Shown here piece by piece: positions 10,601 to 19,165 of a stretch of 64,000 nucleotides of DNA. The stretch is taken from positions 160,001-224,000 of the forward strand of contig CAVOKF010000007.1 in NCBI GenBank assembly GCA_963696385.1. The letters run 5' to 3'. Position 1 is the first letter of the stretch. Each line of letters starts with the position of its first letter. Under the pieces are notes generated by a model that saw only the letters and a program-made list of their open reading frames with translations, searched no databases and was not told the DNA's origin. The DNA is from an uncultured delta proteobacterium. GTDB lineage: Bacteria; Myxococcota_A; Polyangia; Polyangiales; Polyangiaceae. Made by a program: the position numbers and the translations under genes.

Positions 10601-10810
10601 CGCCCGGACGGCGGGAGCGAGGGGCTCGCCTCCGCCGGCCCGGTCCGAGATCGCACCGAGAGCCGGCGCCGATGCGGATCGGTGCGCAGGAGGCCCTGCG
10701 CTGAGCATCAACGCGTCCGGCGAGGTGCGCACCGGCCGAGACGTTGCCGGCACGGTTGCGGGCGTGGCGGCGAGCGACGTCAGCGCGGAATGGGCGAGCG
10801 CCGCGGCCAT
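7664..10810 (-). CDS. DUF4157 (eCIS-associated) protein with C-terminal DNA/RNA non-specific endonuclease-like toxin domain
   Basis: GARAFAHGRHIFL...LLAHEVAHVIQQ (HExxH); long helical middle; tip YVLGHLLN...GPGNTWNNLTPLSRSGNAQH (His-Me type). Confidence 0.85.
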   Translation of the reverse strand: MAAALAHSALTSLAATPATVPATSRPVRTSPDALMLSAGPPAHRSASAPALGAISDRAGGGEPLAPAVRARLEATFGVTLGDVRVSSDAKAHKAATAVGARAFAHGRHIFLGPGESPSDVALLAHEVAHVIQQRGAVHAVQRLSRDAADHYEREARQAAAAALQGGPFTVCQRTTDVGIQRFGKDDALDWIANKANDVPGFRMLTVVLGKNPINLRQVDRSAANVLRAVIELLPGGALITQALDAYGILDKVGTWISSQIDSLGLSWSAIKKALSDFIESLHLSDVFNMEGVWNRAVAIFTTPIDQIIAFGKGLVDGILHFVKDAILQPLAELASKSAGWDLLCAVLGKNPITGEAVPRNAETLIGGFMKMIGQEEIWQNIQKGHAVARAWAWFQTALNNLLGFVRQVPTLFLQALKSLEIADLVLVPRAFAKVGAVFGGFAARFITWAGGTIWNLLEIIFDVVAPAVMPYLKKAGGALHTILQNPIAFAGHLVAAAKLGFQQFAANFGTHLKTSLVGWLTGALSGAGIYIPQALSLAEIGKFVLSVLGITWTKIRAMIVKALGPTGETIMKAMETGFDVVVALVKGGPAAAWEVIKDKLGDLKDMVLSAILGFVEEKVVKAAVTKLLSLLSPVGAFIQAIIGIYNTVMFFVERLKQIAAVVAAFIDSIAAIASGAIGAAAARVESTLSGLLTLVISFLARIAGLGGVTDFIVAKIKALQERVEKALETAVQWIVGKANAFFLNLGHSTAGAVAAWWRARKSLTIDDESHELSVAGAPGSAQIMMASKAPGSLRAMLEGQPSSPAIVRALQVVTELEKLIRSQASKSLKDDEAATIKAAIQTKLEVLTGILPSIFGGLLESTAPQFGGLTSHGYATSMLVLRLTKKGPPGSTPSVSNENFDILNLRRNKDGSYYVLGHLLNRLLHGPGNTWNNLTPLSRSGNAQHLIQVEQLVKRKVLDEKKVIRYEVVPRYDRARTAAYAKNSLNPGIRKKADIVDKIIDQEAFVPSAMVCSADEIDTKTGALTPLFSKKAVNNQIDEALETYEVKK

Positions 10811-10822
10811 CGTCGTCCCCGC

Positions 10823-13180
10823 TCAAGCCCCGTTTCCGAGGATGGTACGCCTCCAGGCCGGGTAGACGTTCTTGCCCGCGCCGTTGAAGTGAAGCACCTT
10901 CGCCGGACGGCCGCGCCACGTCGCGCCCTGCCGCCCTCCGAATGCACATGAGATCGCCGGGTCGATGTGAAGTTGCGCGTTGTACGCGCTGTCGAGGGGC
11001 GTGATCGCGCGGGCGCGCGCCAGAGCGATGTTTAGGGCGGCCTTCGTTCGCCACCAGACGTCGCGCCGCGCCGTGACCCAGTCGCGCACGAAAGGCGCGT
11101 CCCGGAGTGTCTCGTCCACCGAGGCGAGCGCCTCGAAGTCCGCGACGAACACGCCGTCGTTCACGACGGTCGGCTCGTCGTCCGTGCCCGGATACGGGGC
11201 GAGCAGCCGATCGGTCTCCGCGGCTGTGGCGAGATAAACGGTTCGCAATCCCTGCCGCAAGTTCGTCACGGGAGTCCGCGTTGCCTCGGGCCCGATGAGC
11301 ACCTGCCCCGCCGGCAGCGCCGCGTGCATCTCGAAGAGCGGAGCGAGCGTATCGAGGACGAGCAAGTCGGCGTCCATACACAGGTATTGCTTCGCTTCGA
11401 CGGCGTGCGTAATCGAGTAAAGCGCGCTCTTGAGCCATGGCCCCGCGCCGCGCACGCTGCCGCACCGCAAGACGGCCGCGCGGTGCCGCGTGGCGATCGC
11501 CTCGCAGCGCGGTGAATGGCCCTCGACGAACACGACCCGCGGCACCTCGGCGATGCCGCCGAAGCGATCGAGCGACGTCAGCGCTCCGTCGAGGTACTCG
11601 ACGCACGACTCGCCGCCGACGAGAGCCACGCACCGCTCGAACCTCAAGGGCGGCGCCGGGCGCACGAACCCCGTGCTGCCCAGGCAATCGATGAGGGACT
11701 GCTCGCGCATGGGCGCTGCTGTGGCAACGGACAAGGCTTGGACGGGCGCGGCAGGGGCCGCCGAAGCCTCGGCAAGGATTGCTCGGTAACGCTGAATCAT
11801 GTCCCCCGGCATGGCCGCGGGTGGCTCGATCCGGGACCACCCGTCGCCCAGAAAAGACCCCGTTTCGAACCGCCACGCGTTCCGACCGTGGCGTATGTAT
11901 ACGAACGTCCCCTCATTGCGGAGCCGTTCGAGGCGTGCCCCGGATCGGAGCATCCCTGTCAACAGCATGGCGTCTTCGGCGATGTTCACGTCCAGGTAGC
12001 GAAGCCCGGCCCCCAGGAGCGACTTGCGATAGGCGAGAGTGCCTCCGTGCACGTTCCCGACAAACATCCGCCTGTGAAGATCGGCGCTGATGGTCCAGAA
12101 ACTCCCGTCCGTCAGGTTCCAGACGTAGCGGTTCTCCATGCCGGTCACGTCCGCACGCCCCGACGCGATGGGCTCGACTTGGACGCGGAGCCGCTCGGAG
12201 CCGAACCAGTCGTCGTCGTCCCAGTGGACGACGACGACGCCACGGGCCTCGGAGCAAGCCAGGTTACGCTTCGTGCCGATCGTAGCTCCTCGCGGCGCGC
12301 GGAAGTAGCGAATGCGCGCGTCGCCCCGGCAGAGATCCTCGACCGCGTCATCTCCGCTGTCGACGACGACGAGCTCTGCGGGCGCGTAATCCTGCGCCTG
12401 AAAATGCTCCACCGCGAGGCTCACATACGCACGGCGGTTGGCCGTCGGCATGATGCAGCTCGCCAAGGGCCGTCCGGGCTGCGGCGCGCTCCGAACCTCG
12501 GGACGAGCGAAATCCGCCCAGTCTGCACCGAGGATCTCGCGGATCCTCTCGATCGGCAGCGGGCGCCACGCCGGACCGCTCGCCACCTTGGGCGTGACGT
12601 TCGCGGGGTGAATACGACCGACGTGAAAGTTTCCGTCGGGCAGCACCACGATGTGTTGCCGGGATCGCGACGCGGCGAACCGGGTATCTTCGCCCACGTC
12701 ACAGTCCGGGAAGGGATCCTTCGCCCACGCCGCACGCCGGTACATCATCGAGCTGCCCCCGACCCAGGGGGCCCCGCCCATGTACACGAACTCCCAGGCG
12801 CGCCCCTCCTCGGGGTTGCAGAAGAGAAGTCGCGTGATCCCACAGAGGTCCGCCGTGCTCGCGAGCAACGCTTGCGCCTGGACTTGGAGCCGATCGGGCG
12901 CGTGCCAGTCGTCGTCGTCCCAGTGTGCGACGATCTCGCCGCGCGCGCGCTCGCACGCGAGGTTGCGCTTCTTTCCGATGCTGGCGCGAGTGTCGAGACG
13001 CACGTAGACGATCTGCGGATCGTCCGGAATAAGGTCTCGCACGCAATCCGAGCCGTCGTCGACGACGATGAGCTCCTTGTCCGGCCAGCCCTGCCGACGA
13101 AAGTGATCGATCGCCGTCGGGACAAACCGGCGGCGATTGAACGTCGGCATGATGCAGGAGACAACGGAGGCAGAATCCAT
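10823..13180 (-). CDS. Triple-domain glycosyltransferase GT2-GT2-GT8-like
   Basis: Two copies of SCIMPTxNRR...VVD...G.KRNLAC...HWDDDDW; C-terminal YLCMDADLLV, VNDGVFV, YN, KVLHFNG. Confidence 0.85.
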   Translation of the reverse strand: MDSASVVSCIMPTFNRRRFVPTAIDHFRRQGWPDKELIVVDDGSDCVRDLIPDDPQIVYVRLDTRASIGKKRNLACERARGEIVAHWDDDDWHAPDRLQVQAQALLASTADLCGITRLLFCNPEEGRAWEFVYMGGAPWVGGSSMMYRRAAWAKDPFPDCDVGEDTRFAASRSRQHIVVLPDGNFHVGRIHPANVTPKVASGPAWRPLPIERIREILGADWADFARPEVRSAPQPGRPLASCIMPTANRRAYVSLAVEHFQAQDYAPAELVVVDSGDDAVEDLCRGDARIRYFRAPRGATIGTKRNLACSEARGVVVVHWDDDDWFGSERLRVQVEPIASGRADVTGMENRYVWNLTDGSFWTISADLHRRMFVGNVHGGTLAYRKSLLGAGLRYLDVNIAEDAMLLTGMLRSGARLERLRNEGTFVYIRHGRNAWRFETGSFLGDGWSRIEPPAAMPGDMIQRYRAILAEASAAPAAPVQALSVATAAPMREQSLIDCLGSTGFVRPAPPLRFERCVALVGGESCVEYLDGALTSLDRFGGIAEVPRVVFVEGHSPRCEAIATRHRAAVLRCGSVRGAGPWLKSALYSITHAVEAKQYLCMDADLLVLDTLAPLFEMHAALPAGQVLIGPEATRTPVTNLRQGLRTVYLATAAETDRLLAPYPGTDDEPTVVNDGVFVADFEALASVDETLRDAPFVRDWVTARRDVWWRTKAALNIALARARAITPLDSAYNAQLHIDPAISCAFGGRQGATWRGRPAKVLHFNGAGKNVYPAWRRTILGNGA

Positions 13181-13195
13181 GCGCTTGCTCCCGGG

Positions 13196-15565
13196 TCAGC
13201 GCGAGCACCCGCGCGCCTTGCGGAGGGCCAAGAGCAATGAGAGCGCCACGAGACCGGCCCCCGCCGCCAACGTGCTCACTGCGCCACTGCGCCCAGGAAC
13301 ATCGCAGTTGCAATTGGTGGGTTTGGGCGCAGACACGACCTGGTCCTGCGCGGTCACTTGTGTTTGGACAGACACCGCGCCGTTGCCCGGGATGGTTACC
13401 TGGTACGAAGCGAAATCAGCCTGGGCGCCATTAGCCTGTTTCGGAATCGAGTAAGCCGCCGCAGAAATCGGTTTGAGCTGAGCCGGCTGGATGCTGACTG
13501 GCGCAACCACAAAGTCTCTGGGGGCTTCCGTTGTGACTGGCGCAGCCCCGGCGGGTAGGCCCGCTATCGCCACGTTCTGCCCAAGCACGGGCAGGCTGGC
13601 GATGGTGGTCACTCCCGGCGTGATGCCGGTCTTCTGCCAGTTGACCGCGATAGTCTCGGTCGGCGACGACGGCGCGGTAATGATTGCGTGGCGGGCGATG
13701 AGATAATAATCCCCCCACGGGACGTAAACTTCTTTCTTGACGCCGTGTAACGGCACGGTTTTCCCGGTATCCAACCATCCGACGACATGCGTCTTCATTG
13801 TCTCGTATGGGTTCGCAGCACCCGGCTGCACGCTGGTCACGCGCACGATTTGCGGCGGCGGCTGCAGATATTGAGGCAGGAAGGCCGTGTCGAGTGCCGC
13901 AGGGAAGGTTTGCGTGAAGCCTGTCAGCTCGAACACGTGATTTCCGGCACCAAGCCCGTTCGCGCTCACGATCGCGGAGTAAGTCGCACTGGACGCGGCG
14001 GTCCACCACGCGTTGACTTGAGCGCTCTGCGCAATCACCGGCACCGCTCCGCTGTCGCCGAAAATGTCCGCCCCCAGACAATAATGGCCTACGCTCGCTC
14101 CGGCGGCGATATCGTTGCAGGCCGTTTGCTCGGACAACTCGAAGTTGTACGCCGCCGTCGCGCTGCTGGGGCTTGCGGCGCTCCCTGCGTTCAGCAATAG
14201 CGGCGGGGAAGGATTCTGATTTGCAGAGTTTGAAACCGGGGCGTTGCTTGGGCTCGGCAGTACCCCGGTGCCACTCTGCAATTGCGCCCACTCGTTGCCG
14301 ACGATGCCGAAATTCGAGATCCGAAAACGCACGCTGACCCCCGGCACCGATGAGCTATATGTATTGTGAACCGTGGCCTGAAAGGTGTTGACGGCACTCG
14401 GATCGGTAACGGTTGTGGGAAGCGACGAGCATGCACTCCCAGTAGGAAACTTCGGGTACAATAACGGTGCCCCGTTCTGCCCGACCACATTGTTGATCAC
14501 GATGTCGTTTTGCGTGATGTAGAGCCCCCCTCCGCACGTGGTGCTGAGGTTCACAGCCGTGCCGATGTTGAGAGTCCCCCAGGATGAACCTGTCGATGGA
14601 AATATTTGTTCGATGTTCGTCGCGCTGTTACTCCCGAGAATTGGATCACTCTGTGGCCATTCGAGCTCCGTCACGCCAGTGCCACTGCCCGGGGGCGCTT
14701 GGTCCTGCCCCAAATCTGTCATAATACCAAAATAGAGCTGCAAATTTCCGGACGCCGGGGCGGTCCAGCTCGGTGTGCCCGATCCATTGATCGGAATGGC
14801 CATTTCGAACGACCATAGATATGTGCCGATCGCGTACGCGAAGCCTCCACCGTTGCTTGATGGATTGGTTGATGAATTGAAGACCCATGACGTACTCGGA
14901 ATCGCGGAGTTGATGCTCCAAGTGCCAGGGTAACTATTGAAAGCTGCTGAGGTGAAAGTCGCCGTCTGATACGAAGCATATTGCATATTCTGGCAGTTCA
15001 CGCCGGAGGGACATTGATTGCCACTTAGCGTTCCTTGGCCAATCGGATTTTGAAGAAACAGCGCATTTGATGGCGGTGCGGCAGATTGCGCTTGACCCTG
15101 AACGAACGGCTGAATAACGAACGCGAGGCCCGACGGGCTTCCGGAATTGCTTACTCCGATCACAATTGTATTGTATAGAGCGGGCGGTAGCCCTGCCGAT
15201 GAGACAATTCCGCCGACGTAAAGAATTGTCGAGGACGGGTTGGTGCCGAGAAGGAGCCAACCCAAGGGTGTCGTCATTCCGCCAGCGCCCAGCGGAATGC
15301 GCGTCCCTGTACCCCACCCGGGGTCGGGTACATTTGTCGCATCGTAGGGGGCAGCGCTCGGAAGACCGCTACCCTGTATAGTGGCGGCGACCCATCCGAA
15401 TGCGGGATCCGGGTCGATGACCCCGTCGATGAAAGGCGGCTGTTGGTGGACAGTTTGAGCGACCGGTGCGCACGTCGTCTGTGCGCGCGCCAAGGCGGGA
15501 GTAAGGACCACGCCGAGACTCAGGCAAAATGCTAACAGTCGCAACTGCATGTTATTGGACTGCAT
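13196..15565 (-). CDS. Secreted cell-surface protein with MYXO-CTERM-like anchor and putative CBM9/DOMON-like domain
   Basis: Signal peptide ending ALARA-Q; PPFIDGVID...W and WSFEMAIP; C-terminus NCNCDVPG + hydrophobic helix + RKAR. Visibly lower GC than neighbours. Confidence 0.7.
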   Translation of the reverse strand: MQSNNMQLRLLAFCLSLGVVLTPALARAQTTCAPVAQTVHQQPPFIDGVIDPDPAFGWVAATIQGSGLPSAAPYDATNVPDPGWGTGTRIPLGAGGMTTPLGWLLLGTNPSSTILYVGGIVSSAGLPPALYNTIVIGVSNSGSPSGLAFVIQPFVQGQAQSAAPPSNALFLQNPIGQGTLSGNQCPSGVNCQNMQYASYQTATFTSAAFNSYPGTWSINSAIPSTSWVFNSSTNPSSNGGGFAYAIGTYLWSFEMAIPINGSGTPSWTAPASGNLQLYFGIMTDLGQDQAPPGSGTGVTELEWPQSDPILGSNSATNIEQIFPSTGSSWGTLNIGTAVNLSTTCGGGLYITQNDIVINNVVGQNGAPLLYPKFPTGSACSSLPTTVTDPSAVNTFQATVHNTYSSSVPGVSVRFRISNFGIVGNEWAQLQSGTGVLPSPSNAPVSNSANQNPSPPLLLNAGSAASPSSATAAYNFELSEQTACNDIAAGASVGHYCLGADIFGDSGAVPVIAQSAQVNAWWTAASSATYSAIVSANGLGAGNHVFELTGFTQTFPAALDTAFLPQYLQPPPQIVRVTSVQPGAANPYETMKTHVVGWLDTGKTVPLHGVKKEVYVPWGDYYLIARHAIITAPSSPTETIAVNWQKTGITPGVTTIASLPVLGQNVAIAGLPAGAAPVTTEAPRDFVVAPVSIQPAQLKPISAAAYSIPKQANGAQADFASYQVTIPGNGAVSVQTQVTAQDQVVSAPKPTNCNCDVPGRSGAVSTLAAGAGLVALSLLLALRKARGCSR

Positions 15566-15616
15566 ATGATGTCTTCCTTTCGAGCGTAATTAAAATGGCA
15601 AATATCGTGCGATCGC

Positions 15617-16834
15617 CTAGGGCGCGATGTTCACGGTGATGGACACCGGAGGATCGCCTGCGTCGTCCGTGATCTGCACGTTCAACGTGCTTGGTCCGGC
15701 GCCTGACTGCGCCTGCACGCGGACCGCTTGGGTTAGGGGACCATAGCCCGATCCGCTTGCGGGGAGATTGGCTGAAGTGACCGACTGCGGAGCCAGGGCG
15801 TAGCTCGTTGCGCCTGAAGCGGCCGCGGGAAAAGTGTAGTTACTGCTGGCAAGCACGAATGTGGTCGTGTAGGTCGCCGCCTTGAAGAACGTCACGTCGA
15901 GAGTGACAATCGTTCCGCCTGCAGCCGCAGATATATCGACGGCGCCGGTCGAATCGACCTGGGTGGCGAGTGATACGACGGCGACGGCCAGGGGGGGGAT
16001 GGATTGGCCAATGGTGATCGGCAGTATCAAAGGGGGGGCCGGCGTGACCGTCCCGCCCGGTGTCACCTCTTGAGCATTCAGCGTGAGTGTGGCTGTACCG
16101 CCCGACACGTTCGGGGGAGTCACCGTCACCGTCAGAGATGTCATCGATCCGGAAGTGTTTGACCCGGGAGCGGGCACGGCAAAAGTTAACTGGCTTCCGC
16201 CCGAGACCTGCTGGCCGCCTTGGATGGCGGCGGTCCATGCGGAGTTCGACATCGTCGCGGTCACCAGGTAATTCCCCGCCTCAAACACGTGAGCCACCAT
16301 TGTGAATCCGAACGCGTAGGGAACCGCGGGATGAATGAGATCGTCCGATGGAGTCGCAGCGGGCGGCCGGACGGAATAACTCAGGTTCAGGGAGCCGCTC
16401 GGATAGACTACTTGGGGGGCGACCGTGAGAAGCCAGACCGCACTGCTTCCAGCCGCATTCGTAATCGTCATCAGCATGGCCGTTCCGGTCGCGGAGAGCT
16501 GCACGCTGGGCGGAAACTGCGGGATCGCGAAGATCAACGTCCCAGGTCCGCTGCCCGGCTCGAAGACACCGACCTGGTAGCCGCCGATGGTCACAGTGTT
16601 GGCGGACGCCGGTGTGGTGAAATTCGCACCGGTCACCGTCACCGTGTCGAGAATATTAAGCAATCCGGTAGGCGTCACGGAATTGATGACGAGCTGACTC
16701 GCCGCGGCTGCGCTCTGACCCGCAAGCAGGGTCACCCTTCGGTCGAGGTCATTGATCGCCGCTACCAGCCTGTCGATGTACGACGCCTGAATGAGATCTC
16801 CGGGGTTCACATTCGCAATGTTGTAGGTTCCCAT
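15617..16834 (-). CDS. IPT/TIG (Ig-like) domain eCIS accessory protein, putative fibre component
   Basis: N-terminal VNPGDLIQAS plus short coiled coil; INSVTP...VTVTGANF...NTVTIGG IPT signature; Thr/Ser-rich beta domains. Confidence 0.6.
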   Translation of the reverse strand: MGTYNIANVNPGDLIQASYIDRLVAAINDLDRRVTLLAGQSAAAASQLVINSVTPTGLLNILDTVTVTGANFTTPASANTVTIGGYQVGVFEPGSGPGTLIFAIPQFPPSVQLSATGTAMLMTITNAAGSSAVWLLTVAPQVVYPSGSLNLSYSVRPPAATPSDDLIHPAVPYAFGFTMVAHVFEAGNYLVTATMSNSAWTAAIQGGQQVSGGSQLTFAVPAPGSNTSGSMTSLTVTVTPPNVSGGTATLTLNAQEVTPGGTVTPAPPLILPITIGQSIPPLAVAVVSLATQVDSTGAVDISAAAGGTIVTLDVTFFKAATYTTTFVLASSNYTFPAAASGATSYALAPQSVTSANLPASGSGYGPLTQAVRVQAQSGAGPSTLNVQITDDAGDPPVSITVNIAP

Positions 16835-16872
16835 GCGCGGCTCTCCTCATCGACTGACTGGACTCGTCGTTC

Positions 16873-19155
16873 TCATTCGAAATGAAAGGCCAAAAATCGC
16901 CCCGCCGCGGGCACCCACCCGGGGTCGCGATCGAGGCCGGCGAGGCGCACCTCGATCGGCAGATCGGCTAGCGCCATGTGGACATCCACGTGCGTGTCCG
17001 TCGTGCGGACCCGTGCCGGGAGGCGCAAGAGCAGGCGGGCGCTCGCATCCGGGTCGCTCGCGCCGAGGGCCCTGTGCACGCGCGCTCGAAGAAAGCCCGC
17101 GAGGGAGTCCAACCAGCCGGTCCCTTCGGGGCTCCCGGCCCCTGCCTCCAACACGTCCGCTGCGCCGTAAGGCGCGAGCTCGCGTTCCCGCTGAGCGGCG
17201 ATGTCCCCTTCGCGCGCCACATCGACCGCGATGAACCCCACGGGATGCAGGATCCGCAAGCGCCCGTCCGTCGCATGCCACGTCCACCCATGGCGGTCCG
17301 GAAAGGGCTTGAGCCATGCCGGGTTCACCCGCCACGCATCGGGCCACGCTTCCCTTGCCTCTTGGGGACCGGCCAGCTCGTCGAGCAGGCCCCAGATGGC
17401 GTCGGCGGCATCGGGCTCGTCACCGAGGAGCCTACGCGCAAGCTCTGCGAGGACCCTCCAGGGCGACGCGCTCAAGGTGCGAGACCGCGGACGGGTGAAG
17501 TCGCCGTAGATCTCGAGGACCAGCAGCGCGTTGATCAGAAAGAGGACGCCGCCATGACGTGTCGAGATCCAGCGATCGAGCGCCGGGACGCCCCCGGCGT
17601 GCTCTCGCGCGGCGGGCGCCGTCTGGACCCCGGCGGAAGGGGACGGGGCGCCGACCGGCGGCACGCCGGGGCGAACGGCCGGCGGCGCGATCGATCGATC
17701 CACGTCCGCCGGGGTCGCCGTGCGATGGAGCGTCGCCGGGACGTCGCGTCCGCGATCCGAAGGCCAAGCGACTGGATGTTGAGCCTCCGCCGGATCGCCT
17801 CGAGCGTCCCGGACTTGCGTCACGGGCCCCGGGGTCGTGACCGTCGTGGGGGATTCCGCGGCGGAGGCCGCCGCCGGGGCGCCTGCGGCGTGCCCAGCCT
17901 CGGTAGGCCCACCCTCGGTCGGTCCGACCTCGGTCGCGAGAACCGCCGTTCGGGTGGCCGCGGAAGATGGATCCGTCCGTTCTGGACTGCGCGACGGGGG
18001 CGCAGCCGGATCGCGGGCCACGTGGACGACGGGCACGTCGGAGGCGGCGTCGTTCGAATCACGCCCGTCTTGTGCCGCTTGCGAAGGGTGTCGGACTGGC
18101 TGGGCCGTTCCCTGGGTCCGTGCGACGGCCCCATGTGCCAGGTCACCGATTGGGATCGACGGCTCCATCCGGTCTCGCGCGTGCGAAGCTCTCTTCGCCG
18201 ATGCAGCGACGGATGACCCGGCGACGGCGTCTTCGCCTCGCCCGACGGATCCCGCGGGGCCATCGAGCTCCGTCCGGACCGCCGAAAGCGCTTCGGGTCC
18301 GCTCGCGGCCCATGCCTGGATCGCCGCGACGACGTCGCGATCGCGCGCAACCGAGGGGGCCCGGGCGAGAGCGAGGCTCAGGACGACCAGCGCGCGCGCC
18401 GGCGCGTGCAGGTCCGCGCTTGCGGCCTCGGGCGCCCAGCGGGCCCATTTCGCTCGCGCCGCCGATCGATTCGCGTCTCTCTCGGCGCGCGATGGCGTCG
18501 TCTCGAGGGGCGCCGCGCCGGTTGACTCGCGTGGGGCCAGATGGATCCCGAACGACTCCGCGACGCTCGCGACGAGATCGCGCGCCTCTACCTCGTCGAG
18601 CGCGGCGGCAAACGCCACAAGCGCGCCGCGATCGGCGAGCCGACGCGCTGCCGCGGGCACGTAGCGCGGCTCGAGTCTCCATTGCGCGGGCGCGACACGG
18701 ATCGTGGCCGCGGGCCATCGGACCAGGTGGCGCCACCACCAGAGGGCGCCGATCTCCCCTCGCGTCCAGTCCCTTGCCAGGCAAGCGAGAAGCTCGGATC
18801 GGTCGTGAAAGATCACGGCCGTCGCGCCCGCGGGCACGCTCCCCTCGAGGGGCCGCGCCGCGGACCGCGCCTCGCGCTCGAGCGCCCGCGCAAGCGCCGC
18901 TTGCCACGCGCTCGACACCCCGGCCTGCCGGTCGAGCCGAAGCGCCTCCGGCAGCGGGTCACGCATCGATCGGATGCAAAGGATGGCGGTGGGCGGTAGA
19001 CCCGCGACGTGAAGCGCCTCACCGGACAGCACGCTCTCGAGCCGCGCCCGCGCGGTGTTCGCGTCGAGGCGACTCGCCGATCGGACGCGCAGCCGCCCGA
19101 CGATCGATCGATCGTCGAGTGCCCCCACGGGGGTGGCTGCTGACCTGCCGTTCAT
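16873..19155 (-). CDS. eCIS-associated protein, possibly tape-measure-like (Afp14-like)
   Basis: C-terminal GGVLFLINALL and RLAGLDRDPGWVP...FHF; long low-complexity Ala/Pro middle; operon position. Function tentative. Confidence 0.45.
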   Translation of the reverse strand: MNGRSAATPVGALDDRSIVGRLRVRSASRLDANTARARLESVLSGEALHVAGLPPTAILCIRSMRDPLPEALRLDRQAGVSSAWQAALARALEREARSAARPLEGSVPAGATAVIFHDRSELLACLARDWTRGEIGALWWWRHLVRWPAATIRVAPAQWRLEPRYVPAAARRLADRGALVAFAAALDEVEARDLVASVAESFGIHLAPRESTGAAPLETTPSRAERDANRSAARAKWARWAPEAASADLHAPARALVVLSLALARAPSVARDRDVVAAIQAWAASGPEALSAVRTELDGPAGSVGRGEDAVAGSSVAASAKRASHARDRMEPSIPIGDLAHGAVARTQGTAQPVRHPSQAAQDGRDSNDAASDVPVVHVARDPAAPPSRSPERTDPSSAATRTAVLATEVGPTEGGPTEAGHAAGAPAAASAAESPTTVTTPGPVTQVRDARGDPAEAQHPVAWPSDRGRDVPATLHRTATPADVDRSIAPPAVRPGVPPVGAPSPSAGVQTAPAAREHAGGVPALDRWISTRHGGVLFLINALLVLEIYGDFTRPRSRTLSASPWRVLAELARRLLGDEPDAADAIWGLLDELAGPQEAREAWPDAWRVNPAWLKPFPDRHGWTWHATDGRLRILHPVGFIAVDVAREGDIAAQRERELAPYGAADVLEAGAGSPEGTGWLDSLAGFLRARVHRALGASDPDASARLLLRLPARVRTTDTHVDVHMALADLPIEVRLAGLDRDPGWVPAAGRFLAFHFE

Positions 19156-19165
19156 GCCATTTCTC

